Position numbers and translations under genes: made by a program
In this document: piece by piece, positions 9,707-19,259 of the stretch
Layout: the number at the start of each line of letters is the position of its first letter
Position numbering within the stretch: the stretch's first letter is position 1
Assembly (NCBI GenBank): GCA_963667845.2
Contig: CAXXVL010000002.1
Span: forward strand, 2,016,001-2,080,000
Source: Smithellaceae bacterium
GTDB taxonomy: Bacteria; Desulfobacterota; Syntrophia; Syntrophales; Smithellaceae
Direction: 5' to 3'
Length of the DNA stretch: 64,000 nucleotides
Notes under the pieces: generated by a model
What the model was told of the DNA's origin: nothing
The model's database searches: none
Seen by the model: only the letters and a program-made list of their open reading frames with translations

Positions 9707-10603
9707 ATGAACGACAATCTTATTATTCAGGATACGCCGGACCTTGTCGATCCGTACATTCTGATCGGCTTAACCGGCTGGCTGAATGCCGGCGAGATCG
9801 GAACCGGCTGCATCGACTTCCTGCGCCGCAAGCTCAATGCCCGGAAGTTCGCCAGCATTGATTCGAGGCCTTTCCATATCTGGCAGGTTCCGGGCTTTGA
9901 TCCGGCGCAGATCATGAGACCGCATGCCGTAATCGAAGAAGGCGTGGTCAAGACGCTTGCCGAACCCGCCAATGAATTCTCTTTCTGGCAAAGCGGCACC
10001 GGGCACGACCTGATCCTCTTTACGGGTTTCGAACCGAATCTGGGATGGCCGGAGTATGCAGCGGCTATTCTCAGCATTGCCAGACGTTATAAGGCGGCAA
10101 GGATCTATTCCCTGGGCGGCGTTTTCGACCAGGTTCCTCATACCCGGGAGACGAGAACGTTCGCCGTACTGAGCCGTCCCGAGTTGAAGAGCGAATTCAA
10201 ATCATTTCCACTGTTGAATTACGCGGGGCCGTGCAGCTTCTCCGCGATGTTTTTGCACCAGGCAGGCCGAGAGGGTATCGAGGCAGCCGGCATTACGGCC
10301 AGAATCCCGCCGTATATTCAGGGTTTCAATGCCAGGGCAGGCCATGAACTTTTGAAAAAAGTCCTCGCCCTTACGCCGCTTCATATCGATCTTGGCGATC
10401 TCAAGAAATCCGGAGACAACCTGGTTGAAACGATGGACAATGCGTTCGGTCAGAGCGAAACCGCGCGGGAACAACTGCGGAAGCTGGAGGAGATGTACGA
10501 TGCCGCCGTGCTTCAGGAATTCGGTTATACCCCGGGGCAAAATGTTGAAGAACTGATGCAGGAAATGCTGAACATGAAAAAGGACGGCCGAAAACCGCAC
10601 TGA
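9707..10603 (+). CDS. PAC2 (proteasome assembly chaperone-like) family protein
   Basis: GLTGW.NAGE, RP...IEEG, G.EP...W..Y, SLGG....VPHTR, Y.GP. Confidence 0.78.
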   Translation: MNDNLIIQDTPDLVDPYILIGLTGWLNAGEIGTGCIDFLRRKLNARKFASIDSRPFHIWQVPGFDPAQIMRPHAVIEEGVVKTLAEPANEFSFWQSGTGHDLILFTGFEPNLGWPEYAAAILSIARRYKAARIYSLGGVFDQVPHTRETRTFAVLSRPELKSEFKSFPLLNYAGPCSFSAMFLHQAGREGIEAAGITARIPPYIQGFNARAGHELLKKVLALTPLHIDLGDLKKSGDNLVETMDNAFGQSETAREQLRKLEEMYDAAVLQEFGYTPGQNVEELMQEMLNMKKDGRKPH

Positions 10604-10862
10604 TGCCCGATCCCGAAGGACAGCGCGACGCTGTCAGCTGATTGACGTGAAGCCCGGGGCCGCCCCTGAAAATAAATTTCCGTTTACCGCCTGGATGTTC
10701 GAATCAGGCGGCCGGCAGGGCAGTTTTTCCCGGCCTGTCCGGCCGCGATGATTCACCGCTCCATGCGTGCCGCTTTCTCATCGTTAACCCTCCTTATTTA
10801 TCTTGCCCGAACATATCGGATGTGCTACCCATCCGGCACTTTTATTATGAGGTTCAAACGAT

Positions 10863-12497
10863 ATGATTCATTTCAGCGGCATCTCCAAGCAGCACGGCCC
10901 GCAAATCCTGTTTAAGGATGCCAGCTTCCAGATATTGCCCGGTTCACGAAACGGTCTGGTGGGCCCCAACGGCGCGGGCAAAACCAGCATCTTCCGTCTG
11001 ATTATGGGCGAAGAAGAATTCGATGCCGGAGACATCACGAAAGGCCGCAATATCGTCTGCGGCTACTTTTCCCAGGATGTCGGCGCCATGTCCGGCCGCT
11101 CGGCGCTGGCGGAAGTCATGTCCGCTTCGGAGGCTTTAATACTCCTGGGAGAGCAGATTCAGGAAATGGAAGCGGCCATGGGCGAACCGATGGAAGACGA
11201 CGAAATGGCCGAGCTGCTCACGCGCTACGGCGGCGTTCAATCCGAGTTCGAACATCGCGGCGGCTACGATCTGGAAAGCCGCGCGCAGACGATCCTGACG
11301 GGCCTGGGCATCGGACCTGACGATTATCACCGCCCCGTGGAAACGTTCAGCGGCGGATGGAAAATGCGCATCGCGCTGGCCAAAATCCTGTCCGTCAATC
11401 CCGACGTGCTCCTGCTGGATGAACCCACCAACCATCTGGATGTGGAATCGATTATCTGGCTGGAAGACTGGCTGCAGACTTCGTTTAAAGGCGCGCTTTT
11501 GATGACCAGCCATGACCGCGAATTTCTCAACCGGGTGGTGAACCGCATCATTGAGGTGCAAAATCGCACGATCACGACCTACAGCGGCAATTACGATTTC
11601 TATCTGCGGGAGCGCGAAATCCGCCGCGAGCAGCTTCTGGCCAGTCACCGCCGCCAGCAGGAAATGCTGGCCAAGGAAGAGGACTTCATTGCCCGGTTTG
11701 CGGCGCGGGCCTCCCATGCTTCGCAGGTGCAGTCGCGCATCAAGAAGATCGATAAAATCGAACGCATTGATATTCCGCCCGCCGAGCGCAGCATCAAGTT
11801 TGAATTTGCCGAACCGCCGCGCAGCGGTGACGATGTGGTCAAGCTCGACTCGCTTGGCAAAGTCTGGCCCCGGTCTGACGGAGGCGTCAAATCCGTCTTT
11901 GGGGGCGTTTCCGGCATTATCCGGCGTCAGGAAAAAATTGCCGTCGTCGGCGTCAACGGTGCGGGCAAGTCCACGTTCCTGAAAGTGCTGGCCGGCGAGG
12001 CTGAGCCTTCGGAGGGCAGCCTGAACTTGGGCGCCAACGTTTATCCCGGCTATTTCAGCCAGCATGCCATGGATATCCTGGAGCCGCAGAAAACGGTGCT
12101 CGAAACCATTCAGGACGCCATGCCGCTGGCGCATTTGGGCACGCTTCGCAATCTCTGCGCCGCGTTTCTTTTTCAGGGAGATGATATTCACAAACGGATC
12201 GAAAAATTATCCGGCGGAGAAAAAAGCCGGGTGGTGCTGGCCACGCTGCTGGTGCAGCCAATAAACTTATTGATCCTCGACGAGCCGACCAACCATCTGG
12301 ATATCCAATCCCGGGAAGTATTGCTTAGCGCCTTGCAGAACTTTACCGGCACGGTTGTGCTGGTGAGCCACGACCGCCACTTTCTGCGCTCGATCGTCAG
12401 CCGCGTTTTCGAAATCGATCACGGTGAGATGCGGATCTACAACGGCAGTTACGAATACTACCTGGAAAAAACCTGCCGGGAGCATCGCGCCGCGTGA
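10863..12497 (+). CDS. ABC-F family ATPase
   Basis: Two ABC domains (GPNGAGKT/SGGW/LLDEPTNHLD; GVNGAGKST/SGGEK), no TM segments. Confidence 0.93.
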   Translation: MIHFSGISKQHGPQILFKDASFQILPGSRNGLVGPNGAGKTSIFRLIMGEEEFDAGDITKGRNIVCGYFSQDVGAMSGRSALAEVMSASEALILLGEQIQEMEAAMGEPMEDDEMAELLTRYGGVQSEFEHRGGYDLESRAQTILTGLGIGPDDYHRPVETFSGGWKMRIALAKILSVNPDVLLLDEPTNHLDVESIIWLEDWLQTSFKGALLMTSHDREFLNRVVNRIIEVQNRTITTYSGNYDFYLREREIRREQLLASHRRQQEMLAKEEDFIARFAARASHASQVQSRIKKIDKIERIDIPPAERSIKFEFAEPPRSGDDVVKLDSLGKVWPRSDGGVKSVFGGVSGIIRRQEKIAVVGVNGAGKSTFLKVLAGEAEPSEGSLNLGANVYPGYFSQHAMDILEPQKTVLETIQDAMPLAHLGTLRNLCAAFLFQGDDIHKRIEKLSGGEKSRVVLATLLVQPINLLILDEPTNHLDIQSREVLLSALQNFTGTVVLVSHDRHFLRSIVSRVFEIDHGEMRIYNGSYEYYLEKTCREHRAA

Positions 12498-12764
12498 CGC
12501 TCTCCCTTCGCGGCTGTCCGCAGCACTGAGCGGACGCGCCTGGACTTTCATTATTTTTTGTTCGCCAAACCAAAAATGCCTGACTGTGAATCGCAGGCAA
12601 ACAATAATCACCCAGGAGATGAAAGCAACGATTCTATATGCTGAGGTGCAGGATTGTCTCCTTCGTCCATGAATGTGCCGGCGCCCCTGTACCATGCCTC
12701 GCCCTTGATTTATTTTTAATGTGAACTTATATTGAGGGTGAAAGACAAATCAAAGGAAAATGTG

Positions 12765-13058
12765 ATGATTGAGATCGCGATAACTCAAAAAGCGAAAACC
12801 AAACTTCTCCAGGTGCTCGGTCGAGCCGGCGTCAAGTCCGTCCGGCTGGTTCAGCAGGGCTTTGGCTGAATCGGGCCCAGGCTGGCAATGGTTCTGGATG
12901 AACCAGGAGAAGATGATGAAATTGTGAGCATTGAAGGCATCGACTTTGCTTATAATAAGAACGAAAAAGATCTATTCAATCAGACGTCGATCGACTATAA
13001 AGATTTCTGGTTTGGCGAAGGATTTGCAGTCTGCTCTCCGGCCTCCGAGCCCTGTTGA
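12765..13058 (+). CDS. HesB/IscA-like selenoprotein (UGA at codon 35 read as Sec)
   Basis: MIEIAITQKAK...VRLVQQGFG-UGA-IGPRLAMVLDEPGEDD...IDY...FGEGF...C; frame stays open across TGA 12867-12869; AAGGA RBS; hairpin follows the UGA. Confidence 0.8.
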
Positions 13059-13227
13059 AAGATGATCTCTCTTCCGGCACTATTTTGCGCCGCAAAACAA
13101 GAAAATAATTTTAGAAAAAGAACGGCGAGAGAGCAGGCATTACCTGGAGTCCTTATTCATTCTACTTCAGGCTGCAAATACTGTATGGTGAATAGAGACA
13201 TAAAAATAACAGGAAAACAGGACAACG

Positions 13228-15477
13228 ATGGACCATCTGAATTTGCTGCTCGACATCGGCCAGCTGGACTGGGTATTTAGAGGCAGCTCCAGCATTGAGA
13301 AGCTGCTCAACAATATCGTCGTCATGGTGGCCAGGCATATGCGGGCGGATGTCTGCTCCATTTATATTTTCGATGACGCGACAGGGGATTTGGTCCTGAG
13401 GGCAAACACCGGTTTTAAGCCGCATCTCATCGGGAAGATAAGACTCAAGCCCGGGGAGGGCATTGCCGGCAGCGTTTTCCAGAAAAACGAGCCGGTTTTT
13501 ATCGCCGACGGTTTCCAGCATCCGAACTTTCGCTATTTTAAGGCGACCGGGGAAGAGCGCTATAAGTCATTTTTATCGGTCCCGATCGTCAGCGGCTCGA
13601 ACCCCGTGGGCGTCATCATGCTGCAGCGGCAGCACAACAACCTGTTTGAAGATAATGACGTAAAGGCGCTGCAAATCGTTGCCTCCCAGCTGGCCATCGT
13701 GCTGGAGAATATAAAAATCATCATTTCCTTAAGACATGCGGTGCCCGGAGACGGGCTGCGCGGGAAAAAGGAACAACTCGGCGGGCTGTTTCTGCGAGGG
13801 AAGGCGGCTTCCCGGGGCTATGCTTACGCGAAAGCAACACTGGCATTCGGTGCTGTGCGGTTCAACGATCTGGCGGGACAGACCTTCGGAAAGAAATACG
13901 GGCTTGCCGATCTGCAAAAAGCACTGGCAAAAACGAGGAAGGAACTGACGGCCCTGCAGAAGGCGGTGGAGCACAAGCTCAGCGACGCCGCCTCCATGAT
14001 ATTCACTTCGCACCTGCTCATCCTGAAAGATGAAAGTTTTATCTCGGCCATGACCCTGTCCGTGAAGAGGGGCAGAAATGCGCCGGACGCGGTGATTGCG
14101 GCGGCGCAGAAATACATCACGCTGTTTTCGGCAAGTCCCGATCCGTATATCAGAGAGAAGGTTCACGATATCGAGGATCTGGTAACAAGAATCGTCAGGA
14201 ATCTCGCCGGGAAAGAGGCGAAGCTGCCGCCGGTACGCAACCGGGTGGTCATTGCGACCGACCTGTACCCGTCCGACCTGCTGAAACTGTCGTCGGAAGG
14301 GGTGAAGGGCATTATACTCCTGAGCGGCGGGGTCACCTCGCACGTCTCCATCCTGGCCCGCTCTCTGGATATTCCCATGGTCATCGTCAATGATCCGGCG
14401 GCGAACCAGATCTCCGACGGTGACCGCATTCTCATCAATGCCGAGCTCGGCAGCGTGTTCATCAATCCGGCAGAGGATATCGTCAGGGAGTTCAAAGACC
14501 GCATCGATCGCCCCGGGACGCTGAAAGCGCCTCCCGTCATGGACAAGATCACGCGGACAAAAGACGGCACGCGCATCGGGCTCATGGCCAACGTCAATCT
14601 GCTCAAAGACCTCGACACGCTCCGGGTGCTGTCTTGTGACGGAATCGGGCTGTACCGTTCCGAGTTCCCGTTCATCATCCGGAAGAATTTCCCGACCGAA
14701 GAAGAGCAATTCTTCGTTTACCGAAAACTGGTCACGGGCGCTCCCTCCAAAGATATCACGTTTCGCACGCTGGACATCGGCGGCGATAAGACGCCCGCTT
14801 ATCTGGATTCGGCAAAAGAGGAAAATCCTTTTCTGGGGCTTCGGTCCATCCGGTTTTCATTCAAGCATCGGGACGTCTTTACCCAGCAGGTGAGAGCCAT
14901 TCTGCGCGCCGGTGCGGACTGCGACCTGAAGATCATGTTTCCCATGATTTTTTCTCTCGACGAGTTCCTGCAGGCCAGAGACCTTGTGAGTCAGTGTGCC
15001 GACGACCTGCAAAAAGCGGGCGCCGTTTTCCACGGCCATCCGCAGATCGGAATGATGGTTGAAGTTCCGGCGGCCGTCGGGGTGATTGAGGAATTCGCCG
15101 AGGTCGTCGATTTCTTTTCCATCGGAACCAATGATCTCGTTCAGTATATGCTGGCCGTTGACCGCACGAACGAAGATGTCGCCGAGTATTATATTCCGCA
15201 TCACCCGGCGGTCCTGCGCGCCATTAAAAGGGTTGCCGACGCCGCCCGTGCCCGCGGAAAAGACGTATCGGTTTGCGGGGACATGGCCAATTCCGCCGCC
15301 TACCTGCCGTTCCTGATCGGCTGCGGCATCCGCACGGTGAGTATGAATGCCATGTATCTGGCGGAAAACCAGAAAATCATCTCCGGAATTGATGTGGAGA
15401 AAGCCGAAGTGCTTGCGGAGCGCCTCCTGGCAATGGCGACGATCAGCGGCATCGAAAAGGAATTATTTTCTTCCTGA
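13228..15477 (+). CDS. ptsP: GAF-domain phosphoenolpyruvate-protein phosphotransferase (EI-Ntr)
   Basis: N-terminal GAF, TSHVSILAR phospho-His, GIGLYRSEF, RTLDIGGDK, ENPFLGLR, SIGTNDL, VCGDMA. Confidence 0.93.
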   Translation: MDHLNLLLDIGQLDWVFRGSSSIEKLLNNIVVMVARHMRADVCSIYIFDDATGDLVLRANTGFKPHLIGKIRLKPGEGIAGSVFQKNEPVFIADGFQHPNFRYFKATGEERYKSFLSVPIVSGSNPVGVIMLQRQHNNLFEDNDVKALQIVASQLAIVLENIKIIISLRHAVPGDGLRGKKEQLGGLFLRGKAASRGYAYAKATLAFGAVRFNDLAGQTFGKKYGLADLQKALAKTRKELTALQKAVEHKLSDAASMIFTSHLLILKDESFISAMTLSVKRGRNAPDAVIAAAQKYITLFSASPDPYIREKVHDIEDLVTRIVRNLAGKEAKLPPVRNRVVIATDLYPSDLLKLSSEGVKGIILLSGGVTSHVSILARSLDIPMVIVNDPAANQISDGDRILINAELGSVFINPAEDIVREFKDRIDRPGTLKAPPVMDKITRTKDGTRIGLMANVNLLKDLDTLRVLSCDGIGLYRSEFPFIIRKNFPTEEEQFFVYRKLVTGAPSKDITFRTLDIGGDKTPAYLDSAKEENPFLGLRSIRFSFKHRDVFTQQVRAILRAGADCDLKIMFPMIFSLDEFLQARDLVSQCADDLQKAGAVFHGHPQIGMMVEVPAAVGVIEEFAEVVDFFSIGTNDLVQYMLAVDRTNEDVAEYYIPHHPAVLRAIKRVADAARARGKDVSVCGDMANSAAYLPFLIGCGIRTVSMNAMYLAENQKIISGIDVEKAEVLAERLLAMATISGIEKELFSS

Positions 15478-15618
15478 CCGGAAGGAGTGCTCCGTACCGG
15501 GGTCCGTTCACCCCTTTCTTTTTTCATCCGTATCTGCCTATAAATGAAACGACAGGGCCGTAATGCAATGATCCGCGCCCTGATAAATTATGGAACAAAG
15601 GGTTAAAGGAGAAACATC

Positions 15619-15960
15619 ATGAAACTGATCATAGCCATCGTGCAAGCGGATAAGAAGAAGGTGGTCAAAGATGCCCTGCGCGACGTCAAGGTAGGCAAAA
15701 TTACCGTGTCCAACGTGGTCGGCTGCGGCGCCCAGGTGGGAAAAACAGACACCAGCGACGGGGCCATCACCGACGGAGACCTTCTGCCCCGGGTGCGTTT
15801 TGAAATTGCCGTCAACGATGACTACGCCCGGCCGACCGTGGAAGCCATCATTAAAGGCGCGCGCACCGGCAATATCGGCGACGGTAAAATATTTGTCGTT
15901 CCCCTGGAAGAGTGCATCCGGATCCGCACAGGCGAAATGGGCCGTCTGGCGATCGGATGA
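15619..15960 (+). CDS. PII family protein with atypical T-loop
   Basis: PII motifs TGNIGDGKIF and RIRTGE; T-loop GCGAQVGKTDTSDGAITDG. Confidence 0.9.
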   Translation: MKLIIAIVQADKKKVVKDALRDVKVGKITVSNVVGCGAQVGKTDTSDGAITDGDLLPRVRFEIAVNDDYARPTVEAIIKGARTGNIGDGKIFVVPLEECIRIRTGEMGRLAIG

Positions 15961-16054
15961 TCGGCGTGGCGGACTGAAGCGGATAATCAAGGTGAGGAAG
16001 CGCAAACATCGACGCCGCTTTTCCGGGCGTTCAGAATTTTTGCAGGGATAGGAT

Positions 16055-16744
16055 ATGCGCGCGCACTTCTTACAACATGTTGAGTTTGAAGGTCTGGGCA
16101 GCATTGCGAACTGGCTCACGAAAGGCGGGTATGAAATCACCTGTACCCGTTTCTTTGACCGGGCGGAGCTCCCGGATCCCGAAGCGATCGACCTGCTCAT
16201 CATCATGGGTGGTCCGATGAGCGTCAATGACGAAGCGGAGTTTCCCTGGCTTGTCGCCGAAAAGCGGTTCATCCGGGAAGCCATTGATTCGGCGGTTCCG
16301 GTCCTGGGCGTTTGTCTGGGCGCACAGCTTATTGCCGCGGCCGCAGGGGCCAGGGTGTATCGCAATCCCGTAAGGGAGATCGGCTGGTTTCCCGTTTACT
16401 CAATTCCAGCAAACGACAGTTCCGTGTTTCAGTTTCCGCCGCAGGTAAAAGTCTTTCACTGGCACGGCGAAACATTCGACTTGCCTGAGCGAGCAATCCG
16501 CATCGCGAAAGGTGATAAATGTGAGAATCAGGCGTTTCAACTGGGCCGGTCGGTTATCGGTTTGCAGTTTCACCTGGAAACTACACCGGATACGGCAGCT
16601 GAATTAGTCTCCAATTGCGGCGACGAACTGACGCCATCGCCGTCTGTCCAGACTGCGGAAGAAATTCTGCAGGCCGGCCCCGAGCGGTATCAAGCCATCC
16701 ATCAGTTGATGGACGATGTCCTCTCGTTTCTCGTCCGGAAATAA
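16055..16744 (+). CDS. Class I glutamine amidotransferase
   Basis: MGGPMSV, GVCLGAQ nucleophile, FHWHG, QFHLE. Confidence 0.9.
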   Translation: MRAHFLQHVEFEGLGSIANWLTKGGYEITCTRFFDRAELPDPEAIDLLIIMGGPMSVNDEAEFPWLVAEKRFIREAIDSAVPVLGVCLGAQLIAAAAGARVYRNPVREIGWFPVYSIPANDSSVFQFPPQVKVFHWHGETFDLPERAIRIAKGDKCENQAFQLGRSVIGLQFHLETTPDTAAELVSNCGDELTPSPSVQTAEEILQAGPERYQAIHQLMDDVLSFLVRK

Positions 16745-16754
16745 AGTGTGACGA

Positions 16755-17132
16755 TTACTCTTTTCTCTTTTCGTCAATATCCCCCGGATACATCATCGCG
16801 CCCGGACCCCGCTCGCGCGTCCGGACACGGATGACATCCTCAACCGGCGTAACAAAAATAATGCCGTCGCCCGTCTCACCCGTGTAGGCTGATTTGAGAA
16901 TCGCTTCGAGGGCGGCATCCAGGTTACGGCTGTTTAAAACGATATTGATTTGTATCTTGGGCAGCATGTTGACCTGGTAGGTTCCGGCGCGTCCGACGAG
17001 TTGAACGCCTCCCTGGCGGCCGTGGCCCCGGACCTCAAACGTGTTCATGCCCACAATTCCTATCTCTTTAAGAGCGTCGATAACATCATTTACTTTATCT
17101 TCGCGAATAATCGCCTCGATTTTTTTCAGCAT
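16755..17132 (-). CDS. PII family protein (amt2-linked) with C-terminal extension
   Basis: KKIEAIIR, GHGRQGG, LPK, TGETGDG.IF, IRVRT. Confidence 0.92.
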   Translation of the reverse strand: MLKKIEAIIREDKVNDVIDALKEIGIVGMNTFEVRGHGRQGGVQLVGRAGTYQVNMLPKIQINIVLNSRNLDAALEAILKSAYTGETGDGIIFVTPVEDVIRVRTRERGPGAMMYPGDIDEKRKE

Positions 17133-17193
17133 GGTAAAATCTCCAATTCAAAAAAATTCAATGCCCCGTCGGGCCGCACAGGAATCCCGCGGT

Positions 17194-18420
17194 CTAGGAG
17201 TATGATCTTTCTCCGTGGGAGCTGATATCCAGCCCCACGTCTTCTTCGATCGGACTGACCCGCAATCCGATGCTCATATTGAGCAGCTTGGCCAGTATAT
17301 AGGTTACCCCGAAAGAAAAAACGATGGTGACGATCACCGCCACGATCTGAATGCCGAGTTGGGCGGGATTGCCGAAAAACAAGCCGTTGGCCCCGTCGGC
17401 GTTCACGGCCACGGTAGCAAATAATCCCGTAGCGATTGTGCCCCAGAGGCTGCCCATGCCATGACAGGCCCAGACATCCAGGGATTCATCCAGCTTGCGC
17501 TGCTCCCGAAAGCGCATCGCATAATAAGCAAGGGGTGCGGACACGGCCCCGATAACCATCGCCGCCAGAGGGGTGACAAACCCGCAGGCCGGCGTCACCG
17601 CGGCCAGACCGACGACCATTCCCGTGGCGATTCCCAGAGTGCTCGGCCGGCCGTCGAGCCATGTAAGAAGCATCCAGACGATTCCCGCGGTTGCCGCCGA
17701 GGTGTTGGTTGTTACCAGCGCGTTTACCGCCACGCCGTTTGCGCCCAGCGCGCTGCCGGCATTAAAGCCGAACCAGCCGACCCACAAAAGCCCGGTTCCC
17801 AAAACCGTGAGCGGAATATTATTCGGCTCCATCGGAGAGTTGCCGTGGCCCTTGCGCGGGCCGATGACCAGAGCAAACGCCAGCGCCGAAAACCCGGCGG
17901 CGATATGCACAACCGTCCCGCCGGCAAAATCGAGGACGCCCATTTCTTTCAGCCAACCTCCTTGTCCCCAGACCCAGTGGCAAAGCGGGTCATAGACCAA
18001 AGTCGCCCACAGCAGGCTGAAAAGCAGAAAGCTTTTGAATTTTACCCTCTCGACAAAAGCGCCCGTAATCAGCGCGGGCGTAATGACCGCAAACATCATT
18101 TGAAACGCGGCAAAAAGTTCATGGGGAATGGTCTTGGCGTAGACGGGATTCGGCGCCGCGCCGACTCCCAGGAAGCCGAGGAAATCCAATCCGCCGATCA
18201 ACCCCTTGATATCCGGACCGAAGGAAAGTGAATAGCCGTAGAGCACCCACTGAACTCCGATGAGCGACATGAAGATGTAGCTCAGCGTCAGGGTAGAAAG
18301 AACATTCTTTCTCCGGACCATGCCGCCGTAAAAAAACGCCAGGGCCGGCGTCATCAAAAGAACGAGGGAACAACACACCAGGATCCAGGCAGTATCGCCC
18401 GCACTGATTTCAGCACCCAT
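17194..18420 (-). CDS. amt: Ammonium transporter Amt (copy 2)
   Basis: GDTAW, FQMMFA, DFAGGTVVH, LWVGWFGFN, DESLDVWACHG. Confidence 0.96.
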   Translation of the reverse strand: MGAEISAGDTAWILVCCSLVLLMTPALAFFYGGMVRRKNVLSTLTLSYIFMSLIGVQWVLYGYSLSFGPDIKGLIGGLDFLGFLGVGAAPNPVYAKTIPHELFAAFQMMFAVITPALITGAFVERVKFKSFLLFSLLWATLVYDPLCHWVWGQGGWLKEMGVLDFAGGTVVHIAAGFSALAFALVIGPRKGHGNSPMEPNNIPLTVLGTGLLWVGWFGFNAGSALGANGVAVNALVTTNTSAATAGIVWMLLTWLDGRPSTLGIATGMVVGLAAVTPACGFVTPLAAMVIGAVSAPLAYYAMRFREQRKLDESLDVWACHGMGSLWGTIATGLFATVAVNADGANGLFFGNPAQLGIQIVAVIVTIVFSFGVTYILAKLLNMSIGLRVSPIEEDVGLDISSHGERSYS

Positions 18421-18462
18421 ATATTTTCTTCCTCCAGATTGTATATTGAGTTATGTCCTAGA

Positions 18463-18478
18463 GCAATTACCTTGCCAT
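18463..18478 (-). promoter_or_regulatory. Sigma54 promoter of amt2-PII
   Basis: Minus strand ATGGCAAGGTAATTGC, GG-N10-GC. Confidence 0.75.
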
Positions 18479-18535
18479 AATAGGTGGGCCATTAAATACA
18501 ATAGGTTACGATATTCAGAGCATCGCCGCAGCGTG

Positions 18536-18576
18536 CATATTTGTGCGCTTTGCAAAAAGACATGACATATTTGTGC
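18536..18576 (-). promoter_or_regulatory. Tandem 11-bp direct repeat, candidate activator sites
   Basis: CATATTTGTGC at 18536-18546 and 18566-18576 (30-bp period) upstream of the sigma54 promoter. Confidence 0.5.
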
Positions 18577-18833
18577 CGATTTCAGAGATGATTGTCATTG
18601 AAAATCATTTGAGTTCTTCAAGAGAATGTAAATTGATTCAATTACGTTCTTTTTTGCTGTTGTCCGGATCGAGCGGCTACGCGGCATTGCTGTTGCTGCC
18701 GCGTCCTCAACCGCCATATTGTCCTGCAAATTCCTCTGCGGCCGGGAAGGTGGCACAATATTGTTCGGAACCGCATAATCATCAACTGCCCAATAAATAA
18801 ATCATTACGGCAACTAATGGGTGATCAGCGGTC

Positions 18834-18850
18834 CCGGCATCATCTTTGCA
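18834..18850 (+). promoter_or_regulatory. Sigma54 promoter of the truncated PII gene
   Basis: CCGGCATCATCTTTGCA, GG-N10-GC; core differs by one base from the amt1 promoter. Confidence 0.7.
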
Positions 18851-18974
18851 ATCAATTTCAGAAGAATGCCTGAGGGCGAATCGGGAAGACAGCCCTGAGA
18901 TTGACGAATGGCGCGTTGATCTTCTGACTGAAAAGACCGAAATTGGTTTAAGGAAGACTGAAGTGGAATGAGCC

Positions 18975-19259
18975 ATGAGATTTATTACCGCAATCATCCA
19001 GCCGCAGAGACTGGAAGCCGTTAAAAAAGAGCTTGCAACCGTAGATCTGAATTTGATGACGGTGACGAGCGTTATCGGGCCCAAACGGCCTAAAAATATT
19101 GCCGGGAATCACGGCGGTGCCGAGTTCATGAGCGACCCCGTAGACAAAATCCGGCTCGACATTACCATCAGCGAAGACTTCGTCGAATCAACGATTGAGG
19201 CGATTGTCAAAGGCGCGCATCTCGATGACATGGGCTGCGACCAGATATTTGTCTTCTAA
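18975..19259 (+). pseudogene. Degenerate, C-terminally truncated PII (GlnK paralogue); pseudogene or non-canonical subunit
   Basis: N-terminus nearly identical to PII at 7714; T- and B-loop glycines lost; TAA sits where the paralogue has GAA. Confidence 0.65.

Noticed and set aside
13056..13280. Second UGA read-through extending the HesB-like protein into the 72-aa ORF
   Set aside because: Family members end near the terminal Cys; the downstream frame looks non-coding and overlaps ptsP
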